In this document: positions 24,074 to 37,300 of the stretch, piece by piece | Layout: every line of letters starts with the position of its first letter | Position numbering within the stretch: position 1 is the stretch's first letter | Assembly (NCBI GenBank): GCA_977862235.1 | Contig: OZ374558.1 | Coordinates: 3,472,001-3,536,000, forward strand | Direction of reading: 5' to 3' | Length of the DNA: 64,000 bases | DNA from: Dudresnaya verticillata | Lineage: Eukaryota | The notes under the pieces: model-generated | Seen by the model: the letters and a program-made list of their open reading frames with translations, nothing else | Databases searched by the model: none | Told to the model about the DNA's origin: nothing | Program-made: the position numbers and the translations under genes

Positions 24074-27054
24074 CTAGTGACTTTCTAGTTTCTGGAGTAG
24101 TGTGATTGCGGCTCGTTGAGCAAAATCCTCGTTCGACTCTTCGCGGTCATTCCGAATACCAACAAACGAGCTTAAACGCCCGGCCAAGTCAGCAATTTTC
24201 GTTGATGGCGATTGACTCTGTCGTTCGTATTCGAAAAACCCTCTCCTCCTGAAAAGATCGCTATTCTCTCCATGGAAAACATCCATCGCCTTCTGACACT
24301 CTTCGACCGAGAGTTTGTAGAACAACGGGAAAATCAACGGAGGTTTCTCGCCTCTTCCTACCGCCTCATCCGTCCGCTTGAAGAATTCTTCCAACTCTAG
24401 CATAGGCCACTTGCGAGCCAGGAACTCTGGTGACAGTATGAATATTGCAGCTCTGCTCCCTCGAATTGCAGCCATAATTTGGTCCTTATTCGTCTTTGTG
24501 GATACCTCGAGGCTTTTCTCATCTAAGAAACAACTGACCTTTGTGCCCATTGCATTCATTACCGGCACGGCGAGGCACCCCTTCTCGCTCCCTGCGTGGC
24601 TGATAAATACATCGAAAGGTCTTGCAGCTAGTCGCACGTCAACAGGACGCGGACCTGAGCCCGCACTTGCTCCTTTGAGGATGTGCAGCTTCAATCGCTT
24701 GAAAGTCCAAAGCTGCTCGCAAACGCAAGTGCCTTCTGCTCGGTCCAGTAGCTGGCACTGCGTACTTGTTACCCAACTCCGACGGATACCCAACTGCACG
24801 CTGCTGGAACTTCCACACCCCCCGCGCAATTCCTTAGGGCAGTCGGTGATCAGATAGTCTTTCCAGCTTGCATTGGTCCCATGCAGTGGTCCCTTCAAAA
24901 AACTTTCCATGCCCCGCAAACACTGGTGCGCAACCTGCACTGCTTCATCGGCATCCGCCCTTATAGTCCAGTCGATCCATCTCTTTTCTGGAATAAAGCG
25001 AACCACGACTCTGCATGCTCCCGCAAGGGCCAGGATGACGGCATCTTGACGAAGCTCGGGCGGTTTTGTCCGCTCTCTTCCAATGGTTCGGTGAAGGTAC
25101 GCGATCAGTGACCCTGTCAGACTTGGCGGAATGGTATCAACAAACTCTGTTCGCAAAATTAGTTCACTCTCTCCGTTCTTTGTGTCACACGAGAACCCTT
25201 CCCAACCCTTTGGCAGCAGTGAAGGTATCCCGATTAGCTCGTTCTGTTCACCGTCCGCTCCTTCCACAGCCTGAAGGCGCATGATGATGTCAAATTGACA
25301 AAGAATGTCAAGCATGACTTTTCGGACAGCTGGTGGGTATTTACACCACAATTCATCCAGTCCCTTTCGTGGGATCAGTCCTTTCTCGTAACTTTGTGCT
25401 TCATGCTGTCCCAGAGTCTGTAAACGCCTTTCAAACTCTTTCGCTTCTTCTTCACCCAGTCTTTCTCGCATAAACTCAGCCGGGCCCGTGACCTGCCGAA
25501 TAAAGTCCAGAATAACTGTTGGATCTGGGAACACGAACCATCCCTCGCCCGTCTGCACTTCTACGATATGGCCATGCTGACTCTGGAATTGGACGCATTT
25601 CTCAACGTCGGCTTCTCTCTCCTCCTTGTCACTAGAGAATCCGGGAAGTCTTGCAGCATGGCTCTGGACTTCTGCCATTGCCAGAAAGACTTTTTGGCTT
25701 TCAGTGGCGTCTGACAAAATGGTTTCCCTGAGGGCAGCCCACCGAACTGGAACCTCTTCCCTTCCGTCAAGAATGTCTTCACTTGCTTCCTTGATAAACT
25801 TCTCTAGTTCCACAACGCCTGACCCAGCACGGTCTTGTTCAGCACTGCTGTTCTTGTTCTCGATGGCAACCCACCGACACTTGAATTTGTCGACATCACC
25901 CTTCTCACGTACCCAGTCATCGTAGATAGCCCTTCCGAGATGCTTTCGCAGTTTTTGTCGCAGCTGCTGAAATAAGTCTTCAGGGCTTCCAACTTCTGCC
26001 TTCCTGATTCCCACTATTATCACCCAAACAATGTTCGGGTTTTGCGAAGACGCATGTGCCATTTGCATCCAGTTGCACAATTCTAACACTTCGTCCTCTT
26101 CGGTGACTTCACAAGCAAACCTTTTCAGGTCTACCACGAAAACAAAAATGGAAGCGCGGCGGATGAAGATTGCGGGAACACTGAGGTACTCTGCCTGACC
26201 CCCAAGGTCCCAGCATTGCACCAACGCAGCTCGATTATCTGCAGGGAATGCGTTACTCATGAGCCCTTGTCGTGCTGCTTCCAAAACGGGAGACGACTGG
26301 GAGTTGAAAGACTGCGAAGCAGCCCTAATGGACGGCGCGCTGGTTGTTGAACAGGGGAATGGCTACTTGGCAAGGCGTCTCCACTCTGGGGGACGATGCT
26401 CTTGGTCGGAGGAGCTCACTTAAGCCAACTTGGAAGTTTAAGGCGGAACCTTGCGGTGGGCTTTGGAGTCGGTCGAGATGATGTATGTCTTGCAGTTGGG
26501 ACAAAAGCGGGTCCAGCTCGAGACGAGCCGCCATTGGATGTACTTGCCGTAGATGACGTTGGTAGTTCCGTTGCCGTGGGTACCTCAGGAACATCTGACC
26601 GTGACATGAGGGCATGGAAGGCCTCGCTGTTGAAGGCGAGCTGGTCGACAATGTCATCGTCCAACTTGGGGCCGTCCGGGACGACAAGAGTGCGACTCAG
26701 CGACACAAAGTGTGTCGGCTGGTGGGTGGCAACGAAGGGCATGGAGCGCAGGCTCCTTACCGTGCTTGTCTTGCCGCGTGCCGCACCGCCGAGAACAAGA
26801 AGAAAGCACTGCCGTGGCTTTGCTGTGGCGGTCTTGAGGGTGTTTTCGACAAGTGTGCTAGTGTCACCGATATGGTTGAGAATGCATTGCGACCGGCTTC
26901 CGAAGACTTTAAGCTCCAGAGGCGTTACCTGTTGATGTGTTGCTTGTTGATGCAGTTGGGCTGCTGCGTGCTCATTGCGATCAACACCGATATCTCCGTA
27001 GGCAAGCAATGTGGCGAGCTCATAGAGTGCGATTCGCGTGCGATGGAGTTCGAT
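24074..27054 (-). pseudogene. Sel1-ROC-COR-TIR copy 3 (type A), 5'-truncated
   Basis: Homology to the other copies stops at 27054 (end of Sel1 repeat 6). CGA>TGA stop at 26416-26418 and a frameshift near 26338. COR-TIR part remains open (24074-26284). Confidence 0.9.
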
Positions 27055-29026
27055 ATTGCAGTCCTACCTCTGCCCTCTTCAACTTGGTGTAGGCGTTTCA
27101 GGGGGTGCAGAAGCGATCATACATGCTTCACGCTATTTAACGACTCGACTACGTGACTTAGACATGGTACTCGTGAGCGTGGATGCTGCGAATGCATTTA
27201 ATGCCATCGAGCGAAGCTTGATACTCTCAGAAGTGGTACTGCATTGCTCGGGTCTGGCAAAGTGGATCCATTTTATATACGGCCGTGGCTCCGTACTACA
27301 CTTTGGATCATTCCTTGTCCATAGTCGATCTGGCACTCATCAGGGTGATCCACTTAGCCCTCTATTGTTTGCATTGGTCCTGCAACCTCTCTTGTGCCTC
27401 CTTCGTACCCGTTTCTCTATGCCTTTGCAAGTATTCTTCGCCGATGATATGGAACTCTCCTCCTGCCTCGCAGTATGCTCGGTTCAGTTCTTTCTTTCCT
27501 CGCAACAGAAGGATCTAAGATTGGTTTCCATCTCAATCTTTCCAAAACCACTGCTTGGTGGCGGCGCCGTCCCTCTCGAATCCCTGTCCCTGCTAACGGG
27601 TGCCATGTTACTATATCTCACGATGATGCTCTAACTGTGCTCGGCTCTCCTATCGGACACTCTGCTGCTTGCCAAGCCCAGTTTCACTTCAGACGGGTCA
27701 GGGAAACACGTCTATTGGAAGCGCTTCCAACTCTAAATGACCCACAAATGGCCTATCATCTCTTGCGCTATTGCTCCGGTGCTTGCAAGCTGATCTATAC
27801 CCTACGAACTGCCCCGCCGCATCTAACATTTCCTGAGGCCGATCTATTCGACCAAGGGCAGCGAGGGGCATTCGAATGTATTCATCACTCGCTTCCCGAC
27901 GATTCCTGGACTTGTGCGACACCCCCGCTTGAATATGGGGGGCTTGGCCTCACCTCTACTACCACGCTTGTCGAGCTTTCCTATATCAGTTCTGTAATGG
28001 GGGTTTGGGATTTGTTCACTACTTTGATCTCGCCTGCCCTTTCGATGTTCTCTCGCACCGACTCACGGCCGCGGAGTTTGGCTCGAACCTGTAATGCCCT
28101 GTGTACTCAGTTCGGATTATCTAGCGATTATCACTTTTCGACTCTCCTCTCTCGCACCCGAAAGCGCGGTTACATCCCCCACTTGCAAGAAGAACTCTCC
28201 GCGAAGGTTCACGCTCGTTTGGTGGATAATTACTGGCCCTCCATCCGTTCGACTGAGAGAGAAGATCGTGTGAAAAGGGCCCGACTTCTCTCCTGTGGTA
28301 GTTTGGAATCTCGAATGGCCTTTACCGCATTCCCCGATCCACGCCGAGGCACCTCTGTGTCACCTGCTATATGGGCTACCATGATCGACTTGCGTTTGGG
28401 CGCACCTGTATTTGCGCCAGATCTCCATTGTTCTGCGTGTCTATCCGTTTCTGGTCGCGTGGTTTCCCTTGACCGTTTGGGGTATCATGCTTCGACATGT
28501 CCCTGTGCCCATGGGTCCACTCGTCGTCACAATTCTATTAGGGATCTCCTTTTTTCTCGTCTCCGTCAACCGTCTATCGGGCTTTCTGTCACGAGAGAGC
28601 AGTCCTTTCATCTACAGGACGATCTTCGACGATTGGACTTGGTGTTGGATGATCCCGCCTTTTCTGATTCATGCATTGGTTATGACCTTACTATTGTGAC
28701 TCCCTCTACTGCTCGTGCTGTATCCAAGGCATCTGAAATTCCTGCAGGGGCCGCCCAAGTCGCTGAACGGGACAAGCATCGCAAGTATCGCACTGCTTGT
28801 GCAGCACATTGTATTACGTTTCAGCCGCTGGGATTCGACATTCACGGAGGCATTGGCCCCGAATGCCGTAGCGCACTTCAAAAGCTCGCTTCTTTCCTGG
28901 CCACGCGCCGGGGAACAAATCCTACTACTGCATACCATTCGTTAGTTTCACCACTGGTTTCCCGCATTCTCCAGCTCACCGCCCTCGCCGTGAATCGTCG
29001 ACGTCCCGTTAGTCCAGACCTTCCAG
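27055..29026 (+). mobile_element. CRE-like non-LTR retrotransposon (RT + CCHC + RLE), truncated at both ends and frameshifted
   Basis: QLGVG, VDAANAFN, GTHQGDPLSPLLF, FFADD, LNLSKT, LGSPIG, GGLGL, CSAC...HASTC, RRHNSIRD, RRLDL...YDLTI, ERDKHRKY. Frameshift immediately after FADD (gatgatATgga, near 27449). Confidence 0.92.
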
Positions 29027-29058
29027 CCTATTATCTATCGGAGTGCATCCAACAGTAA

Positions 29059-29480
29059 GAGAGATAGGGGCCTTTATGGTCGGATTCGAAGGGCACTAAC
29101 TAGGTCGCCCCGTCCACTCAAGGACCAAGGACGTACCTGAAGCGCAAGCCGACGGCGATTGATCGCCAGCGCTTGAAAGCGGAGAAGGCGAGAGAGAGAG
29201 AGAGATGCACTTTATTCAGCGCGATGCAAAAGAATATCGCGATATGGCCCAAGTAGCAATAGGCCACCAACGGAGTATGCTTGGACTTGCGAGCAAGCCC
29301 TTTGTATTGCTTCAGCAATAGCGTAAGCGCGCGATATTTGTGCACCCCGCCGTTCGTAGGGATGCGCGAGGCGTAGTCGAGAAGAAAAGGCGGCGCAAGG
29401 AAGGTAGGGCCAAGCGATGGCCCGAGTGAATCCTGTACACGCCCCGATGGTCCCGGAACTCGCAACTGCCACAGCCACAA
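29059..29480 (-). mobile_element. Duplicate of the paired non-LTR 3' fragments at 8250-8670
   Basis: Near-identical sequence with a slightly longer (GA)n tract. Confidence 0.65.
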
Positions 29481-30209
29481 AAGCAACAACAGCACCACCA
29501 CTTTCGCCATTGCGAAGGCAGTCACCGCAATGGCGAAAGCAGTCAACCGCTCTTAGAACAAACTCGGGCCCATTGAATGCTTTTTAAAGTGGCGCAAGGG
29601 AGAGAGCGCAGTACGCTTCCCCAAAGCCAATCTCCGGCCTCGCCCTGGATCTGCTGCGCATCCCAGCCCGGCCGTTCCGTCCTCTGAAGCACTCGCATTT
29701 CTCCGAGGCCAGACTCCGCCTCATCGCGTAACCCATCGACCTCGTCTTCCACCTTCTTCACCGTTCGCCTCCTGTCGCAGACTTGAAACCAAGAAAATCA
29801 CGAAAACAATAGTTCCGCCATCCATGCCGTTTCAGCAGATGCCCAAATGTATACACCGCTTGTTGTACCACGGGCTCTTTACGAGTCTATAGCAACCATA
29901 ACTGCATTGCCGGATGGTAGGCGTTTCTAGCGCTTTGCTCAGGAACGGTGACCCACGCACTTTTGCCCAGACCGTGAGAGGCGGCCGATTTATACCCCCA
30001 TCCTTTTCTTCGGATAGCCCTGTCGCCTACGATCTCAAGCGTTCAACAAACAGCCTTGTGTTCTGCAGATTAGAAAACGACAGCTCCTGTTTCCTTCCTC
30101 TCCCAGCAGCCCTTCTTCACCTCTTTAGGCGACCTCTAGAAAAGTCATTGAGCTCAAGTTTGATGAGAATTGACGAGGGTGAAATAGACACCGGGGCTTC
30201 AGAGCTACG

Positions 30210-31450
30210 TAATAAAAGGATATGTGCCAGCTACTGCTGTACAGGATTTTGGGTTTACTAGAACATCAACCCGGAAGGACGGTTGGTGTTGAACCTCCAT
30301 GACATGCTGACGGCTCTAGAGGCAACCCCAGAGCGGTTGTTGAAGATTGTAGAGTTTCTTTCGAAGCTCCAGAATGAAAAGCGTCTGTTTGCGCTAGTAT
30401 TTGAAGACCCCAGCGGGGATGTTATACAGGACGAGATGGTCTCGTACATGCGGGCGGTGTGCGGGATTCCGGATGCATGCAGCTCGAATGACGGCAATCT
30501 GCTGGCGCCCATCCACGAGAAGTGCGAGTTGCAGGCCACAAACACGCTAGAGTGTTTGGCAGCAGGGTGCGACGGGATGTGGAGCTGCCTGTGCGTGGAG
30601 AGTGCGGCGATGGGGCACGCGTGCTCGACGATGGTGTTGATGAACTATGTACGGCTGGGGAATAAGAAGGTGCTGTCCAAGTACCGGTGCAAGCGGTTTC
30701 GGAAGGCGGTAATCAAGGTTACGTGGCTGACGACGATGAAGGACGCGGAACCCAAGCACGGAGAACGAGCGCTGGGCCTTGTGTTTGACTCGAGGACGAT
30801 GGCGGGGCCGGGTTCAACATGGCAGAGTTTTTCGGGGGAGCGCGAGCGCGAGACGAACCGGACGACGACGCTGGAGTCGCCAAACATGGTCATGAACAGG
30901 CTCAAGTACTTGTTTGGTGACGACGTGCAGTTTACGAAGGCAATGGCGCAGAAGATGCTGGCGTATCTTGACCTGAACGTGGGACGGAAGGAGCGACAAA
31001 TGAGGAGGAGTACCAGAGCGCGATGGGACTGGCGGTGTTTTTCGATCTGCGCAGGGGCAGATGACGGGGATGATGAGCGAAGCGATTGCTCGCGTGCAGG
31101 TGCAGGACGCTTACCACCAGCGGGTAAGTGTGGATGTCCGGCAGATGTGGGACTTTTGGGACTCGAAGGAGACTCTGAATCAGGACGGGGCGCTTGACTT
31201 TGAGTCATTCTACCACGGGTTTCTCGCGCCGTACTTTGGGTGCTACCTGTGCACGGACACCAAGAAGGCGCTGGCCGAGATAGACATGGACAAGGATGGG
31301 GTTGTGGACTGGGAGGAGTTTCTTGTGTACGTCAAGTGGGCTCTTGCACAATGCCTCGAGACGAGCGACGCGGACACGGCGATTGAGATCGGGTTGTAGA
31401 AGGGGTTGGTCTCGGGGATGAGGGACGTTAAGGTGGATAACCCGGAGATA
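30210..31450 (+). pseudogene. EF-hand/TIM-like pseudogene, copy 2
   Basis: Paralogue of 9400-10655 with DMDKDGVVDWEEF; some lesions differ. Confidence 0.6.
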
Positions 31451-31489
31451 CACGCTGCATTTTACCAAAGTGTCCAGCTCTATTATCCC

Positions 31490-32010
31490 TTAATGCCGCA
31501 ACTTGTGACTTCCAACGCATCCCGTAGCGGGTAGGCAACGGATCTCTTTTCCGCCCCTGCGTGGCTGATAAATATATCGTACGGCGTTACTGAGTCCTGT
31601 AGTTCAAAAGCGTAGTCGCCTGATCCCTGAGATACCCACTCAAGAATATGCGGCACCAGTTGTCCATACTTCCGCATTTCCCTTCGGCCTCATCGCGTGC
31701 CTGACATTCTTCAGTCGACACCCATGCCCGAGGTATTGACTGTAACACGCTTTTGGAGCGGCCGCGACCACGTTGGATGTTCGAAGGACAATCGGTAACT
31801 AGAAAATGATTCCGAGCTGCACTGCTTCCGTGCGGAGGTCTTTTCAAAACATCTTGCAGAGCTTTCAGATATTGTTGACCCACCTTCGTCGCTGAGACGG
31901 CAACAATCGCACCTGATCGTCCACACAATCCATCAAAGGCCATAATTATGGTTGGATCTGGGAACACGTCCTTGTCACTAGAGAATCAGGCAAGTCTGGC
32001 AGAATGGCGC
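31490..32010 (-). pseudogene. Decayed type B COR-TIR fragment
   Basis: SVTPYDIFISHAGAEK, NHFLVTDCP, FPDPTII. Confidence 0.85.
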
Positions 32011-32454
32011 TTAGAATAGTAAAGGGGCATCGACGCATCGGAACGGAAGTCTTCTGTGTGTTTCTTCCAGCAGGTCGGTCAAGAATTATTCTACGGGAGC
32101 AACTAAGTGCTGCTACCGCACAGGACAGAAGGACAAAACCGGTATATTACATACTGTGGCATTTGTAGCTAATGCTGGCATTCGTGCTGTATTACTCCAA
32201 TGGCGTACGTAGCTATCAATTCATCAAGTTACAAAACAACACAAAAACCGGGCTCTAGGGCAATGGCTGCAAGCAATAACATTGCAAATTTTTGTTGCAC
32301 CAATACGCTCCCCTTCGGCAATCTATATTGCTATATAGCCGCCATCATGCTCCAGTAACATCTGCAGAATATGCTTACGTCGTGCAATAAGTTTGCAATA
32401 GACTTAGATAGTGCGAAGGAAGCATGGGGATCCATGTTAACGTTTGTGTAATGC

Positions 32455-32675
32455 GATGTCAAAACTGTTCATTCATTTTGAGGAATATAATAGCTTCAAA
32501 AACTTGGTGGTCATCGCCTTGCGATTGTCAGTTAGCACGTGCTCCGCAATGCTCCTGAGCCGGTCAACCTCGGCAACGGATCTAAGAATAAAGATGCAGT
32601 TGATAAAAGCATCTAGTTTCCAGGGTACCTTTCGCTTCTTGGCTAAACGCTGAATGATCGATGACTTGTAAATTA
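32455..32675 (-). mobile_element. hAT dimerisation-domain remnant, copy 2
   Basis: Paralogue of 12390-12610. Confidence 0.6.
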
Positions 32676-33199
32676 TAAGTCATGGTGCATCATCGACGAC
32701 GATGATACTGTTGGCGAGAAAGCAGACCTGGCAACTTGTTAGTGATAAAGCAGCAATGATTTGGTACGATGCAATTTACAGCATGGGGCTAGAAAACGCT
32801 ATATTATCGGGATCAAACTCTACAGATACCGCTCCCCCGCAAACCCCAACAAATGGTTATATATACTGCTTTTAGCAACAGGGCTTCTAATATTACCACT
32901 TAACCCAATAGGTATTACAATATACATTGTCACTGCAATAAGAATTGCAATTTGCTATAATATCAGCAACTCAATATGCCATTGCTATTGTATATTGCAA
33001 TATATTGCTACTGCTATTAATTGCACGACAGCCCTGGTCACCAGCCCTGACGCGACGCTTCTGCAACTTTCTGCGCTTCTTTTCCTCTTCTTCCCCTCTT
33101 TTTGCCCTTCTTTTCTGTCCTTTCTGTCCGTTTTCTGCAACCCATCCGACGTTATTAACCTTTTATCCTGTCCTGTAAGACAGCCATGGCAGGGATCAA

Positions 33200-34330
33200 A
33201 CAGATACCTACCTTTTTGTCACCCTGTCATGTGCTCATTATGACGGCGCCAGAAAACTATTACACCGGCACTTTAATCACTCAACCCTGTTCGTATTCGA
33301 AGCAACTGTGAACAATGTCGTGGCAGAGCTGTGCGACTCTCATGCATGCGATTTTAGACAAGTCTCCGAAGGGAGGTCCGTCGAACATCGTCGGTATATC
33401 TGCCCGGTCTAACAACATCTCGAACACAAATTGGAATTGGCTTCGGTGCTGAAATGGACCGCGACCAGAGAATAGCTTTATCATCGTGTCTAGACTCCTT
33501 CGTGAAGGAAACCATGGGCGAATATATTATGTACCCATTGCGCCGATACTCCTGAAAGTTTGGAGAGAGGAAACACATGCTTGAGAACAAACAAATTGTT
33601 GAAAATATTTGTCAAGACTTGTTCACAAACTTTATCCGGACAAGACTGGCAGAGACGAAACAAGAAGCAGAGCCTCACTCTTCAGATCTCTTGTACTCGA
33701 TCATAGTCATCAGCAAGGGAGACATGACGTTGGACACCTCCCTGGTCGTCGAATTTGCTCTCTCCAGATACGTTTCAACCAACCAGGCCTTATCCTAGGC
33801 TGTTTAGGAGACTTGCAGAAACTCTAATGTTGAATACTTGACAGGGACTGAAGAGTCTACCCGCTTTAGGGACCAGCTGTTTAACCGCCCTTTATCTAGA
33901 CGGAACGTTTGAGAGCCTCCGTACCTGAACAGGGTATGTAACTGCAACAATAAAGCAGTCCGCAAGACCGGTAATATTACGCAATGGCGGAACCAAGATC
34001 CCAGAGGGGGCATTGGTGATGAGTCTTCAAACCTGGGCAAACCTGGACCCCAAAATATGGCGCGATCCGTTGGGATTTGGTCCGGAACGGTGGGTCTACA
34101 GAACTTCTCGTAGAGAGGGTGACAAAGTCTGGCCTGGAACTTATGTTCCGTTTGGTAGTAGGTCTCGTGCTTGCGCCGGTAGGTTTCTTGCCAAGCACGA
34201 CTAAGCTCTAATCCCCGCCGAATTGCATCGCAGTTTTATTTTCATGCTAGTTTCCGAGAAGAGCGAAGGAGTGGGAGTGAAGGCTTTTGTCGAGGTTGCA
34301 AAATCACCCTCTGTGAAGGGAGGGGGATTA
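33200..34330 (+). pseudogene. Cytochrome P450 pseudogene, copy 2
   Basis: GPERW and PFGSRSRACAG motifs with the same stop after the Cys motif as copy 1. Confidence 0.8.
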
Positions 34331-37300
34331 AAAAACGCTAAACAAGCGCGTTGGACTTCTGCCAGAACACAATACAGGAAACGCTATTTCTTTACGGCGT
34401 TAGAATACATGTGAATATTTGCCATGTCGTTTCTGTGCTTGTTTCAGGATGGGGAGTACTGATGAGAGCTCCTCACCTCTGGAGAGACAAGTGCCACTTC
34501 CGTGAGCACAATAACTACCTCTTCTAATAATCGACCAGAAGGAACGTTTTCTGTTTGTCCGAACTCACAAGTAGATTACACACACGTTGTCTCCGAGAGG
34601 ACCTGCGATAGATAAACTGTGGTTTAGTTTCTCGAAAGGAGGGGAACGCACAACGTACCTTGTGGGCGTAGAAAAGATGTATAAGACAAGAGCCCAACTT
34701 TTATGCTGTATACTAAGTGTTGTGAATCGCAACTACTATTTTTGATAATCACAACTCGTATCAAATGAATCGCAACTACTATTTTTGTTAACCACAACCC
34801 GTATCAATAGAACAGAATGTCATTTCGAGGAACGAAGAGGACCATGTAGGAGGAGACGGAAGCAGCGAGAGCTCCCAGGGTGAACGGTTACGTCTGCCAC
34901 CCGTCGGAACGTTCCAGCAAATTCATGAGCTCCGTTGCGGTTTGGTACATAGCCGCACACAGCCGCCACCCACACTGATACACCCACTCACCGATCCATG
35001 CGTGCCGCCACTCGTCCCTTCGAGCTGCTAACAGCATATATGACGGGATTTTGCGTCTCAGGAGACGAGAAACTGTCTAAACATCTCACGTGGAAGTATC
35101 TTTCAAACTCACTGGGACGAGGTCGTCGCCCTCGAAGCGAATTATGTGTTCCAGACCGTACGCATCGGCAGTCTGGAGACCAAAAGCATTAAAGAAAGTG
35201 TGGCGAATGCGATGGCCATTGCCCGTCTCGCGCATGCGAGCGACCATGGTCTCACCACCGGCCTGTCCAAACAGTTTATAGGCTCTGCCTTGCTGTTCAC
35301 ACTTGTTCGCCCTGGAAGCTGAAGTGAGGGCCGTCAAAGCCAAAAATGTCTGGATTCTTCGAGGCGAAAGCCATGAAGAAGGCCCGGATGCCGATGCTCT
35401 TAAAGTCGCATTCGTAGTGGAGCACGGCGTCAATTTGCAAGGGGACAATCTGCGTACTGATTCAGCAGGAGAAGCCACACGGGTGACAGCCAGCGCAGGG
35501 GTCCGTGAGGCATCGCGCTTTCGGCTGGTCGCGGCACGCGTTTTCCGCGGCGCGGCGTTCGGTGAAAGTTGCCAGCCGGGTGAAGGCACGCTGTGAAGTG
35601 CTCCAGCAGCTACTAGTGTGTCGGGTGCGGGCGGTCCCCCCACAGCAAATATACTGGGACAAGGAGGGAAAAGAAACAAACGATAGGGGGTGCCGTCCAT
35701 CTTCCGTGTGGCGGTGGTCGTGGGTGCTGGTTGATGTAAAAAGGTGAGTGCGAAGCGTGGTCGGTTGAAAGTGGTACATACGGGCTGCAGCAAGGACGAG
35801 ATTCGTGTTCCGTTTTGCTGTTTGTCGACGGGGAGATCTTTTCGGAAGGCAGTACGGCCATTAACAATAATGGTTTAACGCGGAAACAATAACAAGAGCG
35901 TTTTGTAAGCATGTTCAAGCCATCTTCTGACTCCGCCTGGGATCTATGTATAGCCTGCACTTTGGTACAATCTCAAATGTTCAACAACCAGCTTTTTAAA
36001 CATAGACAGGACACCGAACTGAGCTTCGATGTCAATAGACAAGGACGAAATAGAAATCAGACACACTACCGGTAGTAAAGCAAGCAACAACCTGGCAGTA
36101 ATGGCACACACCCGCGACATTTCCACGGCCTTGTTCTTCCACGGTCGCCATATTCTGTTTCTCTGTACAGAAAGCGCATACCTAATCACACTCGACTCGT
36201 TCTACCGGCCAGATCTTGATCGCACAGGATTTTAATAGTCTTAACTCGCAAACTCGCGAGGTACAAGATGTTTATTACTATTAACTTGCAAACTCGCGAG
36301 AGAACTTTTTTGCTGCTCTTGTTGCAAACTGAGTATCGGTCTCTCCACGGACATCGTTCCGAACACCGATATATCCTGTCACTTTCGCAAGTGTCTCCAT
36401 TACCTCCGTCACTGGAACCTTCTTCTGCCGTTCGTGGTCGAAAAAGTGATTATCTTCAAATACACGCCGAAACCGTTCGTCATACGGAAGCTGCTTGTTC
36501 TTGCAGTCTTCCACCTGCAGTTGGTAGAAAAGCGGGAACAGTACAGGTGACTGTGGTCTCTGCTTTCGCTCGAGAAATTCAGACAGCTCTACCATCGGCC
36601 ACTTGCGAGCCACAAACGACGGCGAAAGAATGAAAGCGGCAGCCTTACTGCCGCGAATTGCCGCTCGAATTTGCTCTTCGTTTGTACGTTCCGAAACCTT
36701 CAAACTCTCTTCATCCAAAAAACACCGCAATCCCATTGCTTTCAATGCATTCCGTAGCGGGTAGGCAACAGATATCTTTTCCGGGCCTGCGTGGCTAATA
36801 AAGACATCATACGGAGTTACTGAGTCTTGTAGTTCAAAATGATCGTGGCTTGATCCGTCAGACACACCCTCAAGAATATGTAACTTCAGTTCTCCATAGT
36901 TCCACAGTTGATTGCAATAGCATTTTCCTTCTGCCTCATCGAGTGCCTGACATTCTTCAGTCGAAACCCATGTCTGAGGTATTGACAACAACACACTTTT
37001 AGAGCCACCGCAACCCCCCTGGATGCTCGAAGGGCAATCAGTAACTAGAAAATGATTCCGAGCTGCGTTGCTTCCGTGCGGAGGTCTTGTCAAAAAATCT
37101 TCCATAGCTTTCAAACATTCTTGAGCCACCTTCATTGCTGAGACGGCATCGCACCTGCTCGTCCACACAATCCATCTTTTCTTAGGAACGAAGCAAACAA
37201 CAACGCGGCAAGTCCCCTTCAGAGAAAGAATTACAGCATCTTGGCGAAGTTCCGGTGGCTTTGTTCGCTCTCCTCCGATAGTGCGATGAAGGAATGCAAC

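Noticed and set aside
19295..29026. Diversity-generating retroelement explanation for the Sel1 variation (RT nearby)
   Set aside because: Changes involve all four bases rather than only adenines, no template repeat is visible, and the RT carries an RLE domain typical of CRE-like non-LTR elements.
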